DNA of 10,038 nucleotides. Origin: a virus. Lineage: Duplodnaviria; Heunggongvirae; Uroviricota; Caudoviricetes. Of this stretch, positions 1-7,582 are shown piece after piece. The notes under the pieces are model-generated. The model worked only from the letters and a program-made list of their open reading frames with translations. It made no database searches and had not been told where the DNA came from. Positions within the stretch are counted from its first letter, which is position 1, and every line of letters starts with the position of its first letter. The DNA lies in IMG/VR virus record IMGVR_UViG_2541047698_000009; one strand, written 5' to 3'. Both the position numbers and the translations under genes were made by a program.

Positions 1-372
1 TTCCATTTTGCGACCGGAGGATTTACGGGAACCGGCGGCAAATATGAACCTGCGGGGATTGTTCATCGCGGGGAGTTTGTCTTCACGAAGGAGGCGACCA
101 GCCGGATTGGTGTCGGCAATCTGTACCGCCTGATGCGGGGCTATGCGGAAGGTGGTTATGTCGGCGGTGCCGGAAGTCCGGCGCAGATGCGGCGGGCGGA
201 AGGCATTAATTTTAATCAGAACAATCACGTGGTGATTCAGAACGACGGCCCCAACGGGCGGGCAGGGCCGCAGCTGATGAAAGCGGTGTATGAGATGGCC
301 CGCAAGGGGGCACAGGATGAACTCCGGCTGCAGTTGCGTGATGGCGGTATGTTATCAGGGAGCGGTGGATGA
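1..372 (+). CDS. H: Tail tape measure protein, C-terminal 123 codons (5' end outside window)
   Basis: Frame 1 is open from position 1 to TGA at 370-372. Translation ...GGFTGTGGKYEPAGIVHRGEFVFTKEATSRIGVGNLYRLMRGY...NQNNHVVIQNDG... matches the lambda gpH C-terminus as I recall it. The stop overlaps the next start (ATGA at 369-372), as at the lambda H/M junction. Confidence 0.9.
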   Translation, partial: FHFATGGFTGTGGKYEPAGIVHRGEFVFTKEATSRIGVGNLYRLMRGYAEGGYVGGAGSPAQMRRAEGINFNQNNHVVIQNDGPNGRAGPQLMKAVYEMARKGAQDELRLQLRDGGMLSGSGG

Positions 373-698
373 AAACCTTTCGCTGGAAAGTGAAGCCGGA
401 TATGGAGGTGAACTCGCAGCCATCGGTGCGTGAAGTGCGTTTTGGTTACGGGTACTCACAGCGTATGGCGGCAGGGCTGAATGCTGACCTGAAAACATAC
501 AGGGTGACGCTTTCCGTGACCCGGGAGGAGGCCCGGCATCTGGAAGCGTTCCTGGCAGAGCACGGTGGCTGGAAGGCATTTTTGTGGAAGCCACCCTATG
601 CATACCGGCAGATAAAGGTGACCTGTGCCGGGTGGTCTGCGCGGGTCGGGATGTTGCGCGTTGAGTTCAGCGCGGAGTTTAAGCAGGTGGTGAACTGA
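369..698 (+). CDS. M: Tail tip assembly protein M
   Basis: 109-aa ORF, same length as lambda gpM, beginning MKTFRWKVKPDMEVNSQPS. Start overlaps the H stop (ATGA) and stop overlaps the L start (TGATG at 696-700). Confidence 0.93.
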   Translation: MKTFRWKVKPDMEVNSQPSVREVRFGYGYSQRMAAGLNADLKTYRVTLSVTREEARHLEAFLAEHGGWKAFLWKPPYAYRQIKVTCAGWSARVGMLRVEFSAEFKQVVN

Positions 699-1396
699 TG
701 CAGGATATTCGCGAAGAAAGTCTGAACGAGTCGGTTAAGTCAGAGCAGTCACCGCGGGTGGTACTCTGGGAAATCGACCTGACGGTGCAGGGCGGTGAGC
801 GGTATTTTTTCTGCAATGAGCTGAATGAAAAAGGGGAGCCGGTGACCTGGCAGGGGCGTGAATATCAGGCGTACCCGATTGAGGGGAGTGGCTTTGAGAT
901 GAACGGGAAGGGCAGCAGTGCCAGACCATCGCTGACGGTGTCCAATCTGTTTGGTCTGGTCACCGGGATGGCGGAAGACCTGCAGAGTCTGGTGGGGGCC
1001 ACGGTGGTCCGCCGCCGGGTGTATGCCCGTTTTCTGGATGCGGTGAATTTCGTTGCGGGCAATCCGGAGGCGGACCCGGAGCAGGAGCTGAGTGACCGCT
1101 GGGTGGTGGAGCAGATGTCGCAGCTGACAGCCATGACGGCCTCGTTTGTGCTGGCCACACCGACCGAGACGGACGGGGCGCTGTTTCCCGGTCGTATCAT
1201 GCTGGCGAACACCTGTATGTGGACCTACCGCTCTGATGAGTGTGGTTACACGGGCGGGGCTGTGGCGGATGAGTTCGATAAACCCACCACGGATATCCGT
1301 AAGGACAGATGCAGCAAGTGCATGCGCGGGTGTGAACTGCGCAGGAATGTCGGCAATTTTGGCGGTTTCCTTTCCATTAATAAACTTTCGCAGTAA
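698..1396 (+). CDS. L: Tail tip protein L
   Basis: 232-aa ORF, same length as lambda gpL, beginning MQDIREESLNESVKSEQSPRVVLWEIDLT. The C-terminus carries a cysteine cluster (NTCMW, DECGY, DRCSKCMRGCE) consistent with the Fe-S cluster reported for gpL. Confidence 0.93.
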   Translation: MQDIREESLNESVKSEQSPRVVLWEIDLTVQGGERYFFCNELNEKGEPVTWQGREYQAYPIEGSGFEMNGKGSSARPSLTVSNLFGLVTGMAEDLQSLVGATVVRRRVYARFLDAVNFVAGNPEADPEQELSDRWVVEQMSQLTAMTASFVLATPTETDGALFPGRIMLANTCMWTYRSDECGYTGGAVADEFDKPTTDIRKDRCSKCMRGCELRRNVGNFGGFLSINKLSQ

Positions 1397-1406
1397 ATCC
1401 CGGTTT

Positions 1407-2150
1407 ATGACACAGACTGAATCAGCGATTCTGGCGCATGCCCGGCGGTGTGCGCCTGCGGAGTCGTGCGGCTTCGTGATAAGCACGCCGGAGGGGGAGC
1501 GGTATATCCCTTGTGTGAATATTTCCGCGGAGCCGGAGGCGTATTTTCGTATCGCACCGGAAGACTGGCTGCGGGCAGAGATGCAGGGGGAGATTGTGGC
1601 ACTGGTCCACAGTCATCCCGGTGGGCTGCCCTGGCTGAGCGAGGCTGACCGGCGGCTGCAGATAAAAAGCGCACTGCCCTGGTGGCTGGTCTGCCGGGGT
1701 GACATTCACAAATTCCGCTGTGTGCCACATCTGACGGGACGGCGCTTTGAGCACGGGGTGACGGACTGTTACACGCTGTTCCGGGATGCTTATCATCTGG
1801 CGGGGACTGAAATGCCGGATTTTCATCGCGAGGATGACTGGTGGCGCAACGGCCAGAACCTGTACCTGGACAACCTGGCGGAAAACGGCTTTTGCCGGGT
1901 GTCTCCGTCCTCTGCACAGGCAGGCGATGTGCTGCTGTGCTGCTTTGGTTCATCGGTGCCGAATCATGCCGCCGTTTACTGTGGTGACGGCGAGCTGCTG
2001 CACCATATTCCTGAACAACTGAGTAAACGGGAGAGGTATTCCGAAAAATGGCAACGACGAACGCATTCTGTCTGGCGTCACCGCCACTGGCACGCATCCG
2101 CCTTTACGGGGATTTACAACGATTTGGCCGCCGCCTCAGCCTGTATGTGA
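1407..2150 (+). CDS. K: Tail tip assembly protein K (JAB/MPN + NlpC/P60 domains)
   Basis: ATG at 1407 lies 10 nt after the L stop. The 247-aa product has a JAMM-type motif HSHPGGLPWLSEAD (HxHx7Sx2D) and NlpC/P60-like Cys/His (VTDCYTLF, PNHAAVY). The ORF-track start at 1146 is an in-frame upstream extension inside L and is rejected. The exact start is uncertain; I recall lambda K being annotated shorter, from an internal ATG. Confidence 0.85.
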   Translation: MTQTESAILAHARRCAPAESCGFVISTPEGERYIPCVNISAEPEAYFRIAPEDWLRAEMQGEIVALVHSHPGGLPWLSEADRRLQIKSALPWWLVCRGDIHKFRCVPHLTGRRFEHGVTDCYTLFRDAYHLAGTEMPDFHREDDWWRNGQNLYLDNLAENGFCRVSPSSAQAGDVLLCCFGSSVPNHAAVYCGDGELLHHIPEQLSKRERYSEKWQRRTHSVWRHRHWHASAFTGIYNDLAAASACM

Positions 2151-2728
2151 ACACGGCAGCGGAAGCCATTCGCGCCCTGTCGATGCAGATGCCGGGCTTT
2201 CGCCGTCAGATGAACGAAGGCTGGTACCAGATACGTATTGCCGGTGATGACACGGCACCGGAGGCGGTGTACGCCCGTCTTCACGAACAGCTGGGTGAGG
2301 GAACGGTCATCCACATTGTGCCGCGACTGGCCGGGGCCGGAAAGGGTGGACTGCAGATTGTGCTGGGGGCGGCAGCCATCGTGGGCTCTTTCTTCACGGC
2401 CGGTGCCTCGATGGTGTTATGGGGTACAGCCCTGAGTGCCGGCGGTTTTTCTGCCACCACGATGCTGTTTTCACTGGGGGCCAGCATGATACTGGGCGGT
2501 GTGGCCCAGATGCTGGCCCCGAAGGCAAAAACACCGGATTACCGCGCAACGGATAACGGCAGACAGAACACGTACTTTTCCTCACTGGATAACATGATTG
2601 CCCAGGGGAACCCGATGCCGGTGCCTTACGGGGAAATGCTGGTTGGCTCCCGCCGTATATCCCAGGACATCAGCACCCGTGATGAAGGCGGGGGCGGAAA
2701 GGTCGTGGTTATCGGGCGGCAGGGGTAA
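2048..2728 (+). CDS. I: Tail tip assembly protein I
   Basis: 226-aa ORF beginning MATTNAFCLASPPLARIRLYGDLQRFGRR, with a Gly/Ala-rich hydrophobic C-terminal half as in lambda gpI. It overlaps the 3' end of K by 103 nt in another frame, as K/I do in lambda. Confidence 0.88.
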   Translation: MATTNAFCLASPPLARIRLYGDLQRFGRRLSLYVNTAAEAIRALSMQMPGFRRQMNEGWYQIRIAGDDTAPEAVYARLHEQLGEGTVIHIVPRLAGAGKGGLQIVLGAAAIVGSFFTAGASMVLWGTALSAGGFSATTMLFSLGASMILGGVAQMLAPKAKTPDYRATDNGRQNTYFSSLDNMIAQGNPMPVPYGEMLVGSRRISQDISTRDEGGGGKVVVIGRQG

Positions 2729-2774
2729 AAAGAATAAAAAAATCCCGCAGTGATCGCGGACAGGAACTGCGGGA
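2729..2774 (-). terminator. Intrinsic terminator, minus-strand orientation only
   Basis: Perfect 9-bp stem 2743-2751 (TCCCGCAGT) / 2766-2774 (ACTGCGGGA) with a 14-nt loop. On the minus strand it is followed by UUUUUUUAUUCUUU (complement of 2729-2742). On the + strand there is no U-tract after the stem. Confidence 0.6.
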
Positions 2775-2832
2775 GAGTTACGAAGATTAAGTGTAAGGAA
2801 TTATTCTTATATCACGACAAAAAAATTAACGC
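2736..2832 (-). ncRNA. Candidate small non-coding RNA (moron) between I and J; ends approximate
   Basis: Lies between a near-consensus minus-strand promoter (2839-2866) and the minus-strand terminator (2729-2774). No ATG and no ORF longer than 2-3 codons on that strand within the interval. U-rich 5' part and a CU-rich stretch before the terminator stem. Confidence 0.35.
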
Positions 2833-2838
2833 AGAGAA

Positions 2839-2866
2839 ATTATACGCGCCACAGTCAGTTTGTGAA
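2839..2866 (-). promoter_or_regulatory. Putative sigma70 promoter, reads leftward on minus strand
   Basis: Minus-strand reading: -35 TTCACA (complement of 2861-2866, 5/6 to TTGACA), 16-nt spacer, -10 TATAAT (complement of 2839-2844, 6/6). A/T-rich block upstream (2867-2890). Predicted start near 2832. Confidence 0.4.
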
Positions 2867-2930
2867 AATGTGAAGATATTCAGAATTTTTATGCCATTAC
2901 CGGTTTTAACCAACAGGATTATCGGTGGGC

Positions 2931-2974
2931 ATGAAAGAAAACCCCGGTATCTGCTGATACCGGGGTTTCTCTTT
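2931..2974. terminator. Bidirectional intrinsic-terminator-like hairpin
   Basis: Perfect 13-bp stem 2939-2951 (AAACCCCGGTATC) / 2956-2968 (GATACCGGGGTTT) with 4-nt loop TGCT. Followed by TTTCTCTTT on the + strand and by TTTTCTTTC on the minus strand. Confidence 0.5.
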
Positions 2975-3071
2975 AGCATGGCAGAAATGTGTTTCATGCT
3001 TTTCGGGCGAAGGATATCCGACTTCTGTACGGAATGGCAAGTGGCGGTTAATTTATTCAGGGGAAGGCTGT

Positions 3072-6000
3072 ATGGGAAAAGGTGGCGGTAAGGCACACAC
3101 GCCTCGTGAGGCGAAGGATAATCTCAAATCCACGCAGATGATGAGTGTGATTGATGCGATTGGTGAGGGACCGATAGAAGGTCCGGTGAAGGGACAGCAG
3201 AGTATTCTGGTGAACAAAACCCCGCTGACGGACACGGACGGTAATCCCGTGATACACGGTGTGACTGCGGTCTGGCGTGCCGGGGAGCAGGAGCAGACAC
3301 CACCGGAAGGCTTTGAGTCCTCCGGAGCTGAAACCGGACTGGGCGTGGAAGTGACGAAGGCAAAACCGGTGACGCGCACCATTACGTCCGCGAACATTGA
3401 CCGCCTGCGGGTTACCTTCGGGGTGCAGTCACTGGTGCAGACCACGTCAAAGGGCGACCGTAATCCTTCCTCTGTCCGGATTCTGATTCAGTTACAGCGT
3501 AATGGCCGCTGGGTGACGGAAAAGGATGTCACCATTAACGGCAAGACCACCTCGCAGTTCCTGGCCTCGGTGATTCTGGATAATCTGCCTCCCCGGCCCT
3601 TTAACATCCGGATGGTCAGGGAGACGGCGGACAGCACCACGGACCAGCTGCAGAATAAGACGCTGTGGTCGTCATACACCGAAATCATCGATGTGAAACA
3701 GTGCTACCCGAACACGGCCATTGTGGGGCTGCAGGTGGATGCGGAGCAGTTCGGCGGCCAGCAGATGACGGTGAACTACCATATCCGCGGTCGCATCATC
3801 CAGGTGCCGTCAAACTATGACCCGGAAAAACGCACGTACAGTGGTATCTGGGACGGCAGCCTGAAACCGGCATACAGCAACAACCCGGCCTGGTGTCTGT
3901 GGGACATGCTGACTCACCCGCGCTACGGCATGGGAAAACGTCTGGGGGCGGCGGATGTGGACAAGTGGGCGCTGTATGCCATCGGGCAGTACTGCGACCA
4001 GACGGTCCCGGATGGTTTCGGGGGGACCGAGCCGCGGATGACCTTTAATGCGTACCTGGCACAACAGCGTAAGGCGTGGGACGTTCTCAGTGATTTCTGC
4101 TCTGCGATGCGCTGTATGCCGGTATGGAACGGCCAGACGCTGACGTTCGTTCAGGACCGTCCGTCGGATGTGGTGTGGCCGTACACCAACAGCGATGTGG
4201 TGGTGGATGATAACGGCGTGGGTTTCCGCTACAGCTTCAGTGCCCTGAAGGACCGGCACACGGCAGTGGAGGTGAATTACACCGACCCGCAGAACGGCTG
4301 GCAGACCTCCACGGAACTGGTGGAAGACCCGGAAGCCATACTGCGCTACGGACGCAACCTGCTGAAGATGGACGCGTTCGGCTGTACCAGCCGCGGTCAG
4401 GCCCACCGTGCCGGACTGTGGGTGATAAAGACCGAACTGCTGGAAACGCAGACGGTGGATTTCACGCTCGGGTCTCAGGGGCTGCGGCACACACCCGGTG
4501 ACATCATTGAAATCTGTGATAACGACTATGCCGGGACCCTGACCGGCGGACGTGTCCTGTCCATTGATGCTGCCACCCGCACCCTGACGCTGGACCGTGA
4601 AGTGACACTTCCGGAGACCGGTGCCGCCACGGTGAACCTGATTAACGGCAGTGGTAAGCCGGTGAGTGTGGACATCACCGAACACCCCGCGCCGGACCGG
4701 ATACAGGTCAGTACCCTGCCTGATGGTGTGGAGACATACGGGGTGTGGGGACTCTCCCTGCCGTCACTGCGCCGTCGCCTGTTCCGCTGTGTCTCCGTCC
4801 GGGAAAACACGGACGGCACCTTTGCCATCACGGCGGTGCAGCACGTACCGGAAAAAGAAGCCATTGTGGATAACGGGGCCAGCTTTGAGCCGCAGTCAGG
4901 CAGCCTGAACAGCGTTATCCCACCGGCAGTGCAGCACCTGACGGTGGAGGTGAGTGCAGCTGACGGTCAGTATCTGGCACAGGCGAAATGGGACACGCCG
5001 CGGGTGGTGAAGGGTGTGCGCTTCAGTCTGCGTCTGACCAGCGGAAGCGGAGAAGACAGCCGTCTGGTGAGCACCGCCATCACCGCAGACACGGAGCACC
5101 GTTTCAGTGGTCTGCCGCTGGGGGAATACACCCTGACGGTGCGGGCCATTAACAGCTACGGCCAGCAGGGCGAACCTGCGACCACCACCTTCCGGATTAA
5201 CGCGCCTGCAAAACCCGCCACCATTGAGCTGACGCCGGGGTATTTTCAGATAACGGCGGTACCGGTGCTGGCGGTGTATGACCCGACGGTGCAGTTTGAG
5301 TTCTGGTTTTCGGAAAAACGCATCACGAACACGGCACAGGTGGAAAAATCTGCCCGTTATCTGGGGACCGGCAGTCAGTGGACTGTCCAGGGCGATCGGA
5401 TTAAGCCGGGGATGGATTTCTGGTTTTATGTGCGCAGTGTCAACCTGGTGGGCAAGTCTGCATTTGTGGAAGCCAGCGGGCAGGCCAGCAATGATGCAAA
5501 AGGGTATCTGGAATTTTTCCGTGGTCTGATAGATGAGACGCTTCTGGGCCAGGCACTGAAAGAGCGCATTGATGCTTCAGCGCTGCGTACGGAGGTCACG
5601 CAACTGGAAGAAGACATCCGTCAGCGGATGGACACGGATATCGCAGAAGTGACCCGGAAAATCGGGGAGGCGGAAAACAGCCTCACGCAGCTGGTTGCGA
5701 AAAAGAATGAGGACCAGACACTGGCCATCGCGCAGGTGAGCCAGAAAGTGGACCGGGTGAGCAGTGAAATCTCACAGACTGTCAGCCAGGGGCAGTCAGA
5801 AAATGCCCGACAGATAGCACAGGTCCGCCAGTACGTGGATAAAAAAGGGAGTGAAATTACCTCGACCACGGATAAAAAACTGGGTGACCAGGCCGTGACC
5901 ATACAGCAAATCCAGCGGGTTCAGTCAGACACGCGCAATGAGCTGAATGCCATGTATATGCTGAAGGTGCAGAAAACAAAAAACGGTATTCCCTATGTGG

Positions 6001-6764
6001 CCGGGATTGGTGCGGGGATTGAGGATGTTGATGGTCAGACGCTGAGCAGTATTCTGCTGCAGGCGGACCGTATCGCGATGATTACCCCGGAGAATGGCAA
6101 CACCACGCCGCTGTTTGTGGCGCAGGGGAATCAGCTGTTCATGAACGACGTGTTCCTGAAGCGACTGTTTGCGGTGAGCATCACGTCATCCGGCAATCCT
6201 CCTACGTTTTCCCTGACGCCGGATGGCAGGCTGGCAGCCCGCAATGCGGATATCAGTGGAGCCATCACGGCGAATACCGGCACGCTCAATAATGTCACCA
6301 TTAACGAGAACTGTGTCATCAGAGGGAAACTGTCTGCAAACCAGATTGAAGGCGATCTCGTTAAAACAGTGGGTAAGGCTTTCCCCCGTGACTCCCGTGC
6401 ACCGGAGAGGTGGCCATCAGGGACCATTACCGTCAGGGTTTATGACGATCAGCCGTTTGACCGGCAAATTGTTATTCCGGCGGTGGCATTCAGCGGTGCC
6501 AGACATGAGCGGGAGAATAACGATATTTATTCGTCATGCCGCCTGATAGTACGGAAAAACGGTGCTGAAATTTATAACCGTACCGCGCTGGATAATACGC
6601 TGGTTTACAGTGGTGTTATTGATATGCCTGCTGGTCGCGGCCACATGACGCTGGAGTTTTCTGTATCAGCATGGTGGGTAAATGGCTGGTATCCCACAGC
6701 AAGTATCAGCGATTTGCTGGTTGTTGTGATGAAGAAAGCCACTGCAGGCATCACGATTAGCTGA
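3072..6764 (+). CDS. J: Host specificity protein J (central tail fibre / tail tip)
   Basis: 1230-aa ORF; N-terminus [39 protein letters not shown] and long internal stretches ([95 protein letters not shown]) match lambda gpJ as I recall it. RBS-like GGGGAAGG upstream of the ATG. Confidence 0.95.
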   Translation: MGKGGGKAHTPREAKDNLKSTQMMSVIDAIGEGPIEGPVKGQQSILVNKTPLTDTDGNPVIHGVTAVWRAGEQEQTPPEGFESSGAETGLGVEVTKAKPVTRTITSANIDRLRVTFGVQSLVQTTSKGDRNPSSVRILIQLQRNGRWVTEKDVTINGKTTSQFLASVILDNLPPRPFNIRMVRETADSTTDQLQNKTLWSSYTEIIDVKQCYPNTAIVGLQVDAEQFGGQQMTVNYHIRGRIIQVPSNYDPEKRTYSGIWDGSLKPAYSNNPAWCLWDMLTHPRYGMGKRLGAADVDKWALYAIGQYCDQTVPDGFGGTEPRMTFNAYLAQQRKAWDVLSDFCSAMRCMPVWNGQTLTFVQDRPSDVVWPYTNSDVVVDDNGVGFRYSFSALKDRHTAVEVNYTDPQNGWQTSTELVEDPEAILRYGRNLLKMDAFGCTSRGQAHRAGLWVIKTELLETQTVDFTLGSQGLRHTPGDIIEICDNDYAGTLTGGRVLSIDAATRTLTLDREVTLPETGAATVNLINGSGKPVSVDITEHPAPDRIQVSTLPDGVETYGVWGLSLPSLRRRLFRCVSVRENTDGTFAITAVQHVPEKEAIVDNGASFEPQSGSLNSVIPPAVQHLTVEVSAADGQYLAQAKWDTPRVVKGVRFSLRLTSGSGEDSRLVSTAITADTEHRFSGLPLGEYTLTVRAINSYGQQGEPATTTFRINAPAKPATIELTPGYFQITAVPVLAVYDPTVQFEFWFSEKRITNTAQVEKSARYLGTGSQWTVQGDRIKPGMDFWFYVRSVNLVGKSAFVEASGQASNDAKGYLEFFRGLIDETLLGQALKERIDASALRTEVTQLEEDIRQRMDTDIAEVTRKIGEAENSLTQLVAKKNEDQTLAIAQVSQKVDRVSSEISQTVSQGQSENARQIAQVRQYVDKKGSEITSTTDKKLGDQAVTIQQIQRVQSDTRNELNAMYMLKVQKTKNGIPYVAGIGAGIEDVDGQTLSSILLQADRIAMITPENGNTTPLFVAQGNQLFMNDVFLKRLFAVSITSSGNPPTFSLTPDGRLAARNADISGAITANTGTLNNVTINENCVIRGKLSANQIEGDLVKTVGKAFPRDSRAPERWPSGTITVRVYDDQPFDRQIVIPAVAFSGARHERENNDIYSSCRLIVRKNGAEIYNRTALDNTLVYSGVIDMPAGRGHMTLEFSVSAWWVNGWYPTASISDLLVVVMKKATAGITIS

Positions 6765-6783
6765 ATTTTATAACCCCAATACG

Positions 6784-6807
6784 GGCGCCAGAAATGGCGC
6801 CTTTTTT
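6784..6807 (+). terminator. Intrinsic terminator after J
   Basis: GC stem GGCGCC (6784-6789) / GGCGCC (6796-6801), 6-nt loop AGAAAT, followed by TTTTTT (6802-6807). Confidence 0.6.
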
Positions 6808-6831
6808 ATTGCAGAAAAGCGAGAGGTAATT

Positions 6832-7431
6832 ATGCGTAAATTATGTGCTGTTATTCTGTCCGCAGTAGTCTGGCTGGTTGCCGCTGGTACACCAGCGAGC
6901 GCAGCAGAGCATCAGTCCACACTAAGCGCCGGGTATCTTCAGACCCACACTGATATGCCAGGCAGCGATAATCTGAACGGGATTAACGTGAAATACCGTT
7001 ATGAGTTTACGGACGCGCTGGGGCTGATTACGTCCTTCAGTTATGCCAATGCTGAGGATGAGCAAAAAACGCACTACAGCGATACCCGCTGGCATGAAGA
7101 TTCCGTGCGTAACCGCTGGTTCAGCGTGATGGCGGGGCCATCTGTACGCGTGAATGAATGGTTCAGTGCTTATGCGATGGCAGGTGTGGCTTACAGCCGT
7201 GTGTCGACGTTCTCCGGGGATTATCTCCGCGTAACTGACAACAAGGGGAAAACGCACGATGTGCTGACCGGAAGTGATGACGATCGCCACAGCAACACGT
7301 CTCTGGCGTGGGGAGCTGGCGTGCAGTTTAACCCGACCGAATCCGTGACCATTGATATTGCTTATGAAGGTTCCGGTAGTGGCGACTGGCGAACGGATGC
7401 ATTTATTGTTGGTATCGGATACCGTTTCTGA
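6832..7431 (+). CDS. lom: Lom-like outer membrane beta-barrel protein (Ail/Lom/PagC family)
   Basis: 199-aa ORF with a signal peptide (MRKLCAVILSAVVWLVAAGTPASA then AEHQ). Conserved blocks GINVKYRYE, SVMAGP, SAYAMAGVA, DIAYEGSGSGDWRTD and terminal GIGYRF match lambda Lom as I recall it. RBS GAGAGG 6 nt upstream; sits directly after J as in lambda. Confidence 0.93.
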   Translation: MRKLCAVILSAVVWLVAAGTPASAAEHQSTLSAGYLQTHTDMPGSDNLNGINVKYRYEFTDALGLITSFSYANAEDEQKTHYSDTRWHEDSVRNRWFSVMAGPSVRVNEWFSAYAMAGVAYSRVSTFSGDYLRVTDNKGKTHDVLTGSDDDRHSNTSLAWGAGVQFNPTESVTIDIAYEGSGSGDWRTDAFIVGIGYRF

Positions 7432-7536
7432 CAACAGACGCCGATTTATCTTCTGTAAATATTGTTATGATACGCAGGTTCATCCGCCTTATGGGGTGAA
7501 CTGCGTTTGAGGAAACGTAAAGTTACACTGTCCTGA

Positions 7537-7568
7537 AGCCCGTGGCGTCACTGCTGCGGGCTTTTTTT
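7537..7568 (+). terminator. Intrinsic terminator after lom
   Basis: Stem AGCCCG (7537-7542) / CGGGCT (7556-7561) with a 13-nt loop, followed by TTTTTTT (7562-7568). Confidence 0.55.
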
Positions 7569-7582
7569 ATTGGTGGAAAAGT

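Noticed and set aside
1146-1406. Upstream in-frame extension of K (ORF-track start at 1146)
   Set aside because: Overlaps the last 250 nt of L. The lambda-like K start is the ATG at 1407 just after the L stop.
749-1486. 245-aa minus-strand ORF antisense to L
   Set aside because: Lies entirely opposite the conserved L gene in GC-rich DNA, where long antisense ORFs are expected by chance. Arg/His/Pro-rich low-complexity translation, no RBS.
1405-2097. 230-aa and 134-aa minus-strand ORFs antisense to K
   Set aside because: Pro/Arg/Ala-rich antisense artefacts opposite a conserved gene, with no start context.
2861-2876. Possible CRP site (TGTGA half-site)
   Set aside because: Only one half-site, TGTGA, is present; the partner 6 nt downstream is GAAGA, not TCACA.
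2750-3096. 113-aa plus-strand and 94-aa minus-strand ORFs spanning the I-J island
   Set aside because: Both read through the 13-bp perfect hairpin at 2939-2968. There is no Shine-Dalgarno sequence and the plus ORF's last codons overlap the J start. The region is better explained by non-coding elements, although a tiny protein cannot be excluded without conservation data.
3810-4864. 291-aa and 112-aa minus-strand ORFs inside J
   Set aside because: Antisense to a strongly conserved coding region, with an Arg/His/Val/Pro-rich composition typical of antisense GC-rich frames.
6922-7434. 170-aa minus-strand ORF antisense to lom
   Set aside because: lom on the + strand has a signal peptide, RBS and conserved OMP motifs; the antisense ORF has none.
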